A DNA stretch of 64,000 nucleotides from Granulosicoccus sp. (GCA_045110475.1 JBGCGC010000035.1:6203-70202); one strand, 5' to 3'. Positions 12,455 through 22,177 are shown, numbered from the stretch's first letter. A program made the numbers and translations. Notes: generated by a model from the sequence alone, not told the origin.

Positions 12455-12472
12455 TGTAACCTTGATGTTACA
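12455..12472. promoter_or_regulatory. Palindromic operator-like site
   Basis: TGTAAC-CTTGAT-GTTACA, a perfect 6-6-6 inverted repeat in an intergenic region. Confidence 0.35.
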
Positions 12473-12702
12473 TAGTGCCGATCGACTGAATTCGGTTATC
12501 TTTGTTGTTCTGATTTCCCGCGTGGCCCACTAGCCATAACCACAAGGGTTATTGAAATTCATTGCCTCCGGCGTTAGGATTCGTTGGCAAACATTGACCG
12601 TTGTAGCCACAGTGCAATCTTCCACAGCATCCATACCGTTTTCATGAACAATGTTGATCGCAGTGTTACTTCACTCGCATTTGTTCTTGACGAAGCTTAT
12701 TC

Positions 12703-13161
12703 ATGTCGGACCTATTTATGTCAGACCCATACCTATCAAACGATAATCCCAGCATCATTTCGCACGTCTCTCTCGGCACGCGAGATATGACAAGAGCGCT
12801 ACCGTTCTATGATGCGGTCATGGCTACTATTGACGCAAAACGCCTGGAACAGATTCATACCGAGGATAAAGATCTGGTTGCGGTGGCTTACGGCAAGCAG
12901 TTTCCTGAATTCTGGATACAAATACCGGAGAACAATAAGCCTGCCGGAACCGGCAATGGTGTGCATGTCGCTTTTTCGGTCAACAACCGGGAAAGCGTAC
13001 ATCGATTTTATCAAGCTGCTCTGAACAATGGCGGCACCGACAATGGAGAACCGGGGGCTCGCCCTCAGTATGGTGCCCAGTTCTACGGGTGCTTTGTTTT
13101 TGATCCAGATGGCAACAAGATAGAGGCCAACTTCTGGGATACCAGTCAGGATAAAGGCTAG
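12703..13161 (+). CDS. VOC/glyoxalase-family protein
   Basis: SHVSLGT, GNGVHVAF, GGTDNGEPGARPQYG, DPDGNKIEA. Confidence 0.92.
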   Translation: MSDLFMSDPYLSNDNPSIISHVSLGTRDMTRALPFYDAVMATIDAKRLEQIHTEDKDLVAVAYGKQFPEFWIQIPENNKPAGTGNGVHVAFSVNNRESVHRFYQAALNNGGTDNGEPGARPQYGAQFYGCFVFDPDGNKIEANFWDTSQDKG

Positions 13162-13199
13162 GTGCCTGCGCGGCCGGAGGCGGCCCCGCAGGCTCCTAG
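13158..13199. repeat. 42-bp GC-rich imperfect palindrome
   Basis: CTAGG-T-GCCTGCG-C-GGCCG-GAGG-CGGCC-C-CGCAGGC-T-CCTAG; no U-tract. Confidence 0.75.
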
Positions 13200-13221
13200 T
13201 GGGCCGATGGAGAAATAAGAC

Positions 13222-13584
13222 ATGAACGAGGTATTCACGCAACTCAAGAACATCATGTTACCCGTGGCTCATTCGCTTGATATCACGACCAATAAACCCG
13301 GGGACTTTGACGTCTACACGTTCCATGTCATGGAAAACAAGAAATGCCAGTGGTTCGGGGGTATCAAGGTAAAGAAAAACTACGTCAGCTACCATCTCAT
13401 GCCGGTTTATGAAAATCCCGGGCTTGTCGAAAACATTTCACCAGAGTTAAAAAAAAGGATGCAGGGCAAATCCTGTTTCAACTTCAAAGTGACTGACGAG
13501 TCATTGTTTTGCGAGCTGTCAACTTTAACAACGCAGGCTTATGAAGATTACGTATCCAGGGGATACATCACTGACAGCAAATAA
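13222..13584 (+). CDS. DUF1801/YdhG-like small protein
   Basis: KKNYVSYHLMPVY...SPELKKRMQGKSCFNF signature; GGAG RBS upstream. Confidence 0.7.
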   Translation: MNEVFTQLKNIMLPVAHSLDITTNKPGDFDVYTFHVMENKKCQWFGGIKVKKNYVSYHLMPVYENPGLVENISPELKKRMQGKSCFNFKVTDESLFCELSTLTTQAYEDYVSRGYITDSK

Positions 13585-13616
13585 CCGGCTCTTGGCCAAA
13601 CATTGCTACAACGCCA

Positions 13617-13650
13617 ATACACAGATACACAGATACACAGATACACAGAT
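13617..13650. repeat. 8-bp tandem repeat (ATACACAG)x4
   Basis: Four exact copies plus AT, lying between convergent genes. Confidence 0.9.
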
Positions 13651-13655
13651 AAAGG

Positions 13656-14462
13656 CTATTTCTGCTTGGCGCGATCCCACAACGCATCCAGCTCCGATAA
13701 ATCCATATCACTCAGCACCTCGCCCTCTTCCCGGGCAAAGGCTTCCACAAGCCGAAACCGCTTTTCGAACTTTGCGCTTGCCTGACGCAGTGCAGCCTCA
13801 GAATCCACACCGGCATGGCGAGCCAGATTAACCACGGTAAAAAGTAAATCGCCAATCTCATCGTGAACCGCTGCTGCATCGTGTGACTCAATAGCCTCAC
13901 GCACCTCTGCCGACTCCTCTGTCAGCTTGTCCCATACGGGTGCAATATCGGGCCAATCAAAACCAACGCGCGCTGCTCGCTTCTGAATTTTATCAGCGCG
14001 TTTCAGGGCCGGCAAAGTGCCAGCCACACCATCCAGCGCAGAGGGCGTGGCAACCTGCACAGCCTCGCTCTTTCGCGTCAGCTTTTCACGTCGCTCTTCG
14101 GACTTGATTGCCTCCCATGAGGCCTTTAGTTCCGCCTCGGAGGTGAACGTGACATTGTCAAATACGTGTGGATGTCGACGCAACATTTTGTCACTGATAG
14201 CCTGAGCGACATCATCAAAGTTAAAAAGACCTTGCTCATCGGCCATCTGCGCATGGAAGACCACTTGCAGCAACAAGTCACCTAGCTCATCCTTCAGATC
14301 ATCAAAATCTCCACGTTCAATGGCATCTACCACTTCAAAAGCTTCTTCGAGAGTAAACGCTGCAATACTTGCAAAATCTTGCTTGATATCCCAGGCGCAA
14401 CCCGTATTAGGATCCCGCAGCTGGCGCATAATGTCGCGAAGATGATCTATGGCGGTGTTCAT
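13656..14462 (-). CDS. mazG: Nucleoside triphosphate pyrophosphohydrolase
   Basis: LRDPNTGCAWD, EEAFEVVDAI, DELGDLLLQVVFH, RRHPHVF, and a second domain EIGDLLF. Confidence 0.96.
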   Translation of the reverse strand: MNTAIDHLRDIMRQLRDPNTGCAWDIKQDFASIAAFTLEEAFEVVDAIERGDFDDLKDELGDLLLQVVFHAQMADEQGLFNFDDVAQAISDKMLRRHPHVFDNVTFTSEAELKASWEAIKSEERREKLTRKSEAVQVATPSALDGVAGTLPALKRADKIQKRAARVGFDWPDIAPVWDKLTEESAEVREAIESHDAAAVHDEIGDLLFTVVNLARHAGVDSEAALRQASAKFEKRFRLVEAFAREEGEVLSDMDLSELDALWDRAKQK

Positions 14463-14559
14463 AAGATGATGCTGGCATCGGTTGCTTCGAATAACTGATA
14501 AGCAGCCTCATCGAACCACAATCGACAGAATTTAGCCCGCTGGCAAACCTCGCAGGTAA

Positions 14560-15180
14560 TCAGAACGATATGCTCAAACCGAAATGTGCACTTCTGTCCA
14601 GCGTGACATTATCAAAATCATTAGTGTCAAAGCGGATACGTCGATAGCCAACATAGGCCCGGGCACGCGTCATGATCTCTATCTGCAGGCGGACGGCGAC
14701 TTCGCCATAGCGTTCTGCATCACCAAAGCTTGTGATACTCGGCGCGTAAAACCCTTCGAAGGTAAGATCAATGGGGTTGTAGTTTCCGGCCTGCAGCAGC
14801 ATGCCTGCCTGAAAACCCAGAGCCAAAGCGCCAACTGATTCATCATTATTAGAGGCAACTGACAGTTCCTGGCCGATACCGATATCCCCACCAACCAACC
14901 TCATGCCCGCGCTCACCTGATATTGCGAGGTAATGGACTGGCGATACCCCCGCGCCAACAGAGTGGTATGCACCATATTGTCACCCGCTTCATTAACAAA
15001 CAGGCCCAAAGCCAGCTCGGAGCCACCGTCGCTATTGGGGCGGCGTTCCCGGTTTAATGGATCGTTGTTGAACAGATAAACAAGGTTGGCTGTCTCATTA
15101 CTCAGAGACAGATCCAGCCCTCCGGCGAAGGCACCCAAAGGCGCTACTGACAAGATCATTGCTGCTGCCAGCTTCTTCAT
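14560..15180 (-). CDS. YfaZ-family outer-membrane beta-barrel protein
   Basis: Signal peptide, LDLSLSNETA, FYAPSITSFGDA, AYVGYR, terminal Phe. Confidence 0.75.
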   Translation of the reverse strand: MKKLAAAMILSVAPLGAFAGGLDLSLSNETANLVYLFNNDPLNRERRPNSDGGSELALGLFVNEAGDNMVHTTLLARGYRQSITSQYQVSAGMRLVGGDIGIGQELSVASNNDESVGALALGFQAGMLLQAGNYNPIDLTFEGFYAPSITSFGDAERYGEVAVRLQIEIMTRARAYVGYRRIRFDTNDFDNVTLDRSAHFGLSISF

Positions 15181-15262
15181 GCGTCACCCCGACACGTCAA
15201 ATTTATAATGCCCTGAGTTTAGACGTGAATCTGAGGCTGGCAAGCAAATCTCGCATTACGCG

Positions 15263-18200
15263 TCAAATTTTGGGCATCCACTTGGATAGCTCCTGCACCC
15301 GGTTCTCCAGCTTGGAGACAGAGACCTTCTCTGCAGTCCCCAGGTCCTGGGCAAACAGCGATACGCGAAGCTCCTCGAAAGACCAGCGCAATCCGTGATG
15401 AGCTGCGCGATACTGTGGATCATCATCCTTGTCAGTCGGAAGTGACTTGAATTTCTCCCACACGGGCAAAAACTCGGATCGGCGTCGGCGGTCCTTGTCT
15501 GGCGAGCGATCAATCGCATCCAGCCGTTTGTCCATGGCCTGAAAATAGACAGGTAGCCGCGCCAGACGCTGCAAGCCGGTGGAGGTAACAAAGCCTGCAA
15601 ATATCAGCGACGCAATCTGATCCTTTATGTCGATTGAAGGCTCTATCCAGCTTAAGGATATCGAACCCTCCAGTCGCTTTGCGACCTGGCGATGCTGCTC
15701 GAATATCTGACCGAGTGTATCGCACAGCTGTCCAGCCATTCCGACAAGCTCGGCCCGATTATTTTGCAGGGTTTGCGTGAACGCGTCACGCGTGCGAGGG
15801 ATTTCCCTGTCTCGGATAAACACCTCATCCACGGCGGCATTAAGTACATCGTCAATCAAAGCCTGCTTGTTACCAAACGGGGTGAAGCGCAGGCTGAGCA
15901 CATTAATGTTGGGAAGCTTTCTCTGCAGGTATTTCACCTCGTCCTTGAGCACTTGCTTGTAAAGGGCGCGAAGGCCCAACGGCATGGCGCTCAAAGCGGC
16001 GCTGGGGGTGGCAAACAGTTTGATGCCCACACCGTCCTTGTTCGCTTGCAAAGCAGGATAACCTTGCATAGTCATTCCGCTTTTTTCAATATCGACACTG
16101 TCAGGCAGATCCCCGAAGTTCCAGTCAGTCACCTGATCACGCTCAATGCTGTTGTCACTGAATTTCAGCAAGGTCTCTTCTACCTCACCGACGTACGCAG
16201 CCTGCAGGGCTTCAAGGTCACGGCCACTTTTAAGTTCCTGACCATGAGAGCCGACCACCGAAAAACGCATTTTCAGGTGCACCGGAAGATCACTGGCGTC
16301 CCAATCATCACGCGTGACTTTAACCCCACTCATGCGGTGCAGCTCTCGCGACAGCGCGCCGATCAGCGATCCATTACCCGGCTCCATCGCCGCACTGGCG
16401 GCCGCTGCGTAATCCGGCGCTGGTACAAAATTGCGGCGCAGAGCTTTGGGCAGGGACTTGATCAGCAATGCAATCTTTTCATCCAGCATTCCTGGCACTA
16501 GCCATTCGGCGCGCGCAGCAGACACACGATTGAGCACCTCGACTGCGCAAATCAAAGTGACGCCATCGTCTTCCTCTCCAGGTGCAAAGTGATAACGCAG
16601 CGGCAGCACCATGCCTTGCATTTCTATCTGGTCCGGGTAATCACGCGCGCTGACATCAACGGCATCGTCGGCCAGTAACTGTTCGCGCACGAAATACAGC
16701 GCGCGCGGATTTTCCGCCTCAAAGCTTTTGCGCCATTTTTCAAAGGTAGCTGCAGAGCAGATGTCGTCAGGGACCAGCGCATCATAGAAACGCACCAGCT
16801 CTTCCGGGTCGACAACAATGTCACGCCTTCGCGATTTCTCTTCAAGTGTTGTGACCTCGTCCAGCAGTTGCTGGTTATAGCGATGAAACTCACCCTTGGT
16901 AATCAGCTCACCGTTAACCAGCGCTTCACGGATGAAAATCTGCCGCGACTCCTGCGGATTGATACGTGAATAGTCCACCCCTTTCTTGGGATTAATGATC
17001 AAGCCATAGAGCGTGGACTGTGCCCAGGCACCCACCGTACCTTTCTTGCGCTGCCAATGCGCATCGCGGTAACTGTAGTGCAGTAGATGTTCTGCCAGCG
17101 CCTCGATCCACTGCGGCTGGATTGCAGCCACTTGCCGTGCATAGAGTTTGCTAGTCTCCGCAATCTCACCTGCCATCATCCACTTGGGTCCTTTCTTGAA
17201 AAGACCGGAGCCAGGGAAGATGTTCAGATGCCGGTTACGCGTACCCAGATAGCCTTTTTTCTCAGTGCGTATTGCCACATTAGCCAATAAGCCTGCGAGC
17301 AATGCTCGATGAACGTTCTCCTCCGGCGCTTCGCTACTGCTGACAGGTAAGTCGAGATCCTTGCATAGCCGTTCCAGTTGTCGTCTTACATCCATCCATT
17401 CGATGATTCGAAGGGCTGATAGAAAGCGCTGCCGACACATCTTACGAAATCGGGAATTGGAAAGATTCTCTTTCTGCACCGTGACAAAATTCCAAAGGTT
17501 CAGCCATGCCATGAAATCGGATGTTTCATGGTTGAACTCGGCATGCTGTTCATCGGCTGCCTGGCGTTTATCAAACGGGCGATCACGTGGGTCTTGTATG
17601 GAGAGTGCGCTGACAATAGTCAACACATCGTTGACGCAACCTTCGTCCGCCGCAGCGAGAAGCATCCTCCCCAGTCGCGGATCAATCGGCAAGCGTGCCA
17701 AGCGCTTGCCAAGCTTTGTCAACTGGCGCTTCTCATCCAGCGCCGCCAGCTCCTGCAGGGTTCGATAACCATCGTTGATGAACTTTCCATCAGGCGATTC
17801 GACAAACGGAAAATCCTCGATGTGCCCAAGCTTCATCGAAGCCATCTGCAGGATAACAGCGGCAAGATTGGTTCTCAGTATTTCCGGTTCGGTAAACTCT
17901 GCGCGATTGATGAAGTCCTCTTCCGAGTACAAGCGAATACAAACACCGGGAGCCTCGCGCCCGCAACGCCCCATACGCTGGTTTGCTGAGGCCTGCGACA
18001 CTTTTTCAATAGGCAGACGTTGAACCTTGCTACGAACGCTGTAACGCGACAAGCGGGCATAGCCGGGATCCACAACAGAGCGAATACCAGGAACCGTGAG
18101 TGAGGTTTCTGCCACGTTGGTAGCAAGCACGATGCGTGGCACCGTATGCCTTGCGAAGATGCGATTCTGCTCGGCATTGGATAGCCGCGAGAACAACGGC

Positions 18201-19204
18201 AATATCTCCACACCACGAAAGGTGCGGTTGTGTGAGGTTTGCTTACTCAGCAAGTCTGCCAGTTCACGGATATCCCGCTCGCCACTGAGGAAGACAAGAA
18301 TGTCGTGTTGGCGTTCTTGCAGTAAGGTCTCGCAGGCATTGACAATCGCGGTGGGCATGTCAATGTCATCAAGTGAGTCACCTTCTTCGCCAGCGGGCGC
18401 CTCGGGGGGTGCGTAACGTAATTCCACTGGATAAGTACGACCCTCAGCCTTGATGATGGGTGCGTTATTGAAATGCTCGGCAAAGCGCTCCGGATCAATG
18501 GTGGCAGAGGTGATGATCAACTTCAGATCCTTACGCTTTGACAACAGGCTTTTCAGGTAACCAAGCAAGAAATCAATATTCAGTGACCGCTCGTGAGCTT
18601 CGTCGATAATCAGCGTGTCGTATTGATTGAGCCACGGGTCGTTCTGGATTTCAGCGAGCAGAATGCCATCGGTCATGAGCTTGATGTAACTGCGATCACT
18701 CACCTGATCGGTGAAGCGGATCTTGAAGCCGACGGCCTCACCTATCTTGCTCTTCAACTCTTCTGCAATACGCGCAGCCACACTGCGGGCGGCGATTCGG
18801 CGCGGCTGCGTATGGCCAATCAGCCCTGCTACGCCACGACCAGCCTCCAGACAGATCTTCGGAAGCTGCGTGGTCTTACCCGAGCCGGTTTCACCGCACA
18901 AGATGATTACTTGATGCGCCTTGATGGCGGCCAGTATCTCTTCACGCTGTTCGACAACCGGTAGCTCTGAGGGGTACTCCGGTGACGGTTTGTTATCAAG
19001 GCGGCTCTGGCGCTTGAGTGCTGATTTCTCAGCTTGCTCCGTGAACTTCATCAGAGCGTCATCTGTCGCGCTCTTTCCAGCCAGCGACCTCACACGCCGC
19101 CGCAGGCGTGGCTGATCGACCTGCAAAGCACCGTCGATCAGCCGATGCAGTGTCTTTGCCGACACTATATCGTCACGTGCTTCACTGCCAGGTTGGGCCG
19201 TCAT
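15263..19204 (-). CDS. hrpA: ATP-dependent RNA helicase HrpA
   Basis: GETGSGKTTQLPK, DEAH, SAT, QRMGRCGR, C-terminal EELRVSLFAQ. Start taken at ATG 19204. Confidence 0.96.
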   Translation of the reverse strand: MTAQPGSEARDDIVSAKTLHRLIDGALQVDQPRLRRRVRSLAGKSATDDALMKFTEQAEKSALKRQSRLDNKPSPEYPSELPVVEQREEILAAIKAHQVIILCGETGSGKTTQLPKICLEAGRGVAGLIGHTQPRRIAARSVAARIAEELKSKIGEAVGFKIRFTDQVSDRSYIKLMTDGILLAEIQNDPWLNQYDTLIIDEAHERSLNIDFLLGYLKSLLSKRKDLKLIITSATIDPERFAEHFNNAPIIKAEGRTYPVELRYAPPEAPAGEEGDSLDDIDMPTAIVNACETLLQERQHDILVFLSGERDIRELADLLSKQTSHNRTFRGVEILPLFSRLSNAEQNRIFARHTVPRIVLATNVAETSLTVPGIRSVVDPGYARLSRYSVRSKVQRLPIEKVSQASANQRMGRCGREAPGVCIRLYSEEDFINRAEFTEPEILRTNLAAVILQMASMKLGHIEDFPFVESPDGKFINDGYRTLQELAALDEKRQLTKLGKRLARLPIDPRLGRMLLAAADEGCVNDVLTIVSALSIQDPRDRPFDKRQAADEQHAEFNHETSDFMAWLNLWNFVTVQKENLSNSRFRKMCRQRFLSALRIIEWMDVRRQLERLCKDLDLPVSSSEAPEENVHRALLAGLLANVAIRTEKKGYLGTRNRHLNIFPGSGLFKKGPKWMMAGEIAETSKLYARQVAAIQPQWIEALAEHLLHYSYRDAHWQRKKGTVGAWAQSTLYGLIINPKKGVDYSRINPQESRQIFIREALVNGELITKGEFHRYNQQLLDEVTTLEEKSRRRDIVVDPEELVRFYDALVPDDICSAATFEKWRKSFEAENPRALYFVREQLLADDAVDVSARDYPDQIEMQGMVLPLRYHFAPGEEDDGVTLICAVEVLNRVSAARAEWLVPGMLDEKIALLIKSLPKALRRNFVPAPDYAAAASAAMEPGNGSLIGALSRELHRMSGVKVTRDDWDASDLPVHLKMRFSVVGSHGQELKSGRDLEALQAAYVGEVEETLLKFSDNSIERDQVTDWNFGDLPDSVDIEKSGMTMQGYPALQANKDGVGIKLFATPSAALSAMPLGLRALYKQVLKDEVKYLQRKLPNINVLSLRFTPFGNKQALIDDVLNAAVDEVFIRDREIPRTRDAFTQTLQNNRAELVGMAGQLCDTLGQIFEQHRQVAKRLEGSISLSWIEPSIDIKDQIASLIFAGFVTSTGLQRLARLPVYFQAMDKRLDAIDRSPDKDRRRRSEFLPVWEKFKSLPTDKDDDPQYRAAHHGLRWSFEELRVSLFAQDLGTAEKVSVSKLENRVQELSKWMPKI

Positions 19205-19400
19205 AACTATCCGATATCTGCAGGCAATTGCCCGTGCGGTTGAACACTGGCAGGTTGTACGTATGCGCCGGCACATTGGTGGTACCGCACGTGCCGGCTA
19301 GAGATAGTAGGGGTTTACGCCGAAAATTGCAGCAGGTGCGAGTACACAAGTAGGAACCCACGTACAAGGCCAGTGTTATTGCGCGTACTCCTGGCCCGAA

Positions 19401-20102
19401 CTAGCGCACCGCGAAGCAGCCGTATTCACGCTGCGCACGACGCCCCGGATTGGTGAAGGCCAGCGCACGCTTCATTCTCAGCGCAAATTCCAGATCTCCG
19501 ACCGCAATACTATCCGCCCAGTACGTTTCCCGACGATGATCAGGATTGGCAAGCTTTCTGTCGATCCAGCCATCTCTTGCAGTTTGCAGCGCATTTGTGG
19601 AATCAAACTGCAACAGCTTGCGAACATTCAAATGATCGATCCGCCCACCGCGTCGGCAAGGGTTCAAGGATTCATGATATCCACTACAAAGCCAGTCTTT
19701 GGGGTGCTGTACAACCCCAGCACGCACCATATTCATATCAATGTAATTCATACATCGGGCAAGGTGGGCGTTCGTTTGTATGACCGTTGCCTGAAAACCG
19801 TCTTCCCAAAGCGGACCTCGCCGACGATGACGCCGGTTGAGTTCCTTGCTGGTGCGCGTGTTGATTAATTTCATACTGGCATCTATGCCATGACTGCCAG
19901 GATCCTGAACCAGTAAGTGCACATGATTGGATGTGACTACGTAGTTCAATACACTTAGCCCATAAAATTTTCTGGCCTGAAACAACCAGTACATCCAGCG
20001 ACGACGATCAGCATCATCATCAAGTAGAAACTGCTGCTTGTGACAGCGCTGGGTGATGTTTACCACTTGCCCGGCAACGCCGTGACCATGCATTTTAGGC
20101 AT
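19401..20102 (-). mobile_element. REP-associated tyrosine transposase-like protein (RAYT, Y1 HUH family)
   Basis: ITQRCH, HUH motif NHVHLL, GPLWEDGF, catalytic-Tyr motif YIDMNMVRAG; GGAGGG RBS before ATG 20102. Confidence 0.85.
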
Positions 20103-20123
20103 GTTTGTCCCTCCATGGACAGT

Positions 20124-20147
20124 AAAAAAACGGCTCGTCAGTGAGCC
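20124..20147 (-). terminator. Intrinsic terminator-like hairpin in the RAYT leader
   Basis: Minus strand GGCTC-ACTGAC-GAGCC-G-TTTTTTT, ending about 20 nt before the RAYT start codon. Confidence 0.6.
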
Positions 20148-20332
20148 TGTATGTGCAGCTCCTTGCACATGGGGTCGATATGGGGAGTATTGAAACCCAG
20201 CCCCTCGGCAGAGGCAACAACTAACTCGCTAACTTGAGGGTTGGTAGAGATAGTTGACGGTGTTGAAGGGACTTTGTGAGGCTAGGAGTCTGGGCAATAA
20301 CTGACTTCTTACGCTGCATGCAAACATCGCAC

Positions 20333-20352
20333 GCGGTGACCGAAGTCACCGC
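20333..20352 (-). repeat. Perfect 8-bp hairpin with UUCG loop (minus strand)
   Basis: GCGGTGAC-TTCG-GTCACCGC, 50 nt downstream of the 20402 stop; no adjacent U-tract. Confidence 0.7.
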
Positions 20353-20401
20353 CGCCTCATCTTGGCACACAACATTAAACACAGGAGTTTTCTGACGACA
20401 G

Positions 20402-21367
20402 CTAATTTACGGTGAATTCAACAGTGATCGGATTATTAAAGCTGTTGGCGAGTCGAAGCCACACCGGGCCCGGATCATCTCGCAAGAATGTATCTCTGGT
20501 AGTCAGCGATGTGGAGAATTCGCTATCTGCCGATATCCTGTCTGAACTTGAATGTTCACCGAACTGATCGAAAAGAATAAAACCGTAACCGAGCGTGGCC
20601 GATTCAGCAGAGGACGTAACGGCACTGATCGTTGATTCTCCGCCTGGCAAATCCAATCGATACCACACTTGGTCGTCACGTGAGTTTACAGCACCCAGCG
20701 ATACCGATTGTGTGGAATCGAGGCTAATCTGGTTAATCGGCAGACAACGGGTAAACGTCGGACTGGGCACAGCCGAACCATTAGGAAGCACGCCCATTAC
20801 GTAGCTGTGAATGTTGTCGAAGCTCTTTTCAACGCGCAGTGTTAGCGTTTGCGGCGTTTCTATTGCCAGAAAATGATTCAGGCGCACTTCGTAACCTGCT
20901 TCGGAATCACTAACAAGCAATTCATCTTCGCTTGTCGATATTCCCAACGATGTCAGTCGGAGACCGACTGTGTCAAATTCTTCGTTCGCGGGCCAGGCAT
21001 CAGCTATCAGATGATAGTTGCCGGGTTCCAGACTAATTTGCCAGGTGTGAAAATTGTCTGTCTCCGATGCGGTTACCAATTGTCCGGAAACCAACTGTCC
21101 GACGTTAAGCTGGGCAGGATTTGTCAATGAGTTATTGGCTGACGAATCTGACACCCGTATCGAACCACACTCACTGGTGATAAATTGTGCCGGTCCAAAC
21201 TGCGCCGCTATTGGCTGTTGAGTTTGCTCTTGATCCGGTTCCTGTTCGGTGTCCTGATCCGGTTCTGGAGTAAGCTCTTGATCCGCGCCTTGATTAGTAT
21301 CCTGACCCGATATCTGTGAAAGTGAATCAGCTATGCTCGCCTCATCGTCCGAGCTGGAACAGGCTGA
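20402..21367 (-). pseudogene. Secreted acidic lipoprotein-like gene with a damaged signal-peptide region
   Basis: The frame stays open 71 codons upstream of the called GTG (21154): *SACSSSDDEASIADS...PEPDQDTEQEPDQEQ.... A lipobox-like SAC sits directly after an in-frame TAG. The body has two similar beta-rich domains. Confidence 0.55.
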
Positions 21368-21460
21368 CTATAAATAACAATTCGTCGAGGCCGCCTCTGG
21401 TTCGGCTGGCGTCTACTGTCTACCTGGCAGGCTCATGGCCTTGACCGTACCAAGAGGCTG

Positions 21461-22174
21461 TTATCCCTTGACGCGTATGAGTTTTGGCCGGATACCTGCA
21501 GCGCGCAGCCGTTCGCGGGTTGCATCCAGACGTGCCTGTTCAAAAAATGGCCCGATGCGCACACGGTGACCAAAGCCACCGCCATTGTCCTCACGCACGA
21601 CGATAAAGGCATCCAGCCCACGGGTACGCAGCAAAGACTGTATTTGCAGCGCATCTTCCTGGTCCAGATAATTACCAGCCTCGATGTAGTAGGAATCCTG
21701 CCCGGATTCACTAGCCAGCATTTCGCGAACAAGCGCTTGCGGTCGCGCCTCTGGCTGCTCCGGTGCTGAAGGTTCCGCTCGCCGAGGCTCCGGCGGTGCG
21801 GCTTCTACTCCCTGAGAAGCCGCTGGTAGCCTCACAATCTGCGGCATCGCTGCAGTCACCGGCTGTTTTGCCCGGATCGGTGGCGGCTCGAAACGCGATG
21901 GCTCCATGAACACAATTGGCGGCTCTACTGCCGACGCAGGCGCTTGTGGCTTGCGTGGAGCGAGCTGTTCCGGCAACACCGAGTAGTAGTCAAAATTCAT
22001 GCTGGCCACTTCGGACTCGCGACCCGCGCCGTTGGCACCCTGACTGATGATGCCGTCCACTGGCAGTCGCGACAGCAGCAATACGAAGGCCATGGCAAAT
22101 CCCACCAGCAAACCCAGCGCCAGAACAAACAGGCGGCTCTCTGAGACTACGGGCTTGGATTTGCTACTGGCCAT
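21461..22174 (-). CDS. SPOR-domain cell-division protein (FtsN-like)
   Basis: N-terminal TM helix, FDYYSVLPE, Pro-rich linker, C-terminal SPOR (HRVRIGPF); follows argS. Confidence 0.85.
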   Translation of the reverse strand: MASSKSKPVVSESRLFVLALGLLVGFAMAFVLLLSRLPVDGIISQGANGAGRESEVASMNFDYYSVLPEQLAPRKPQAPASAVEPPIVFMEPSRFEPPPIRAKQPVTAAMPQIVRLPAASQGVEAAPPEPRRAEPSAPEQPEARPQALVREMLASESGQDSYYIEAGNYLDQEDALQIQSLLRTRGLDAFIVVREDNGGGFGHRVRIGPFFEQARLDATRERLRAAGIRPKLIRVKG

Positions 22175-22177
22175 GGA

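Noticed and set aside
13617-13650. CRISPR array (also considered for 53084-53158)
   Set aside because: These are head-to-tail 8- and 15-bp repeats with no spacers, and no cas genes are present.
12374-13655. Integron cassette array
   Set aside because: The gene types are cassette-like, but I found no RYYYAAC...GTTRRRY attC ends and no integrase.
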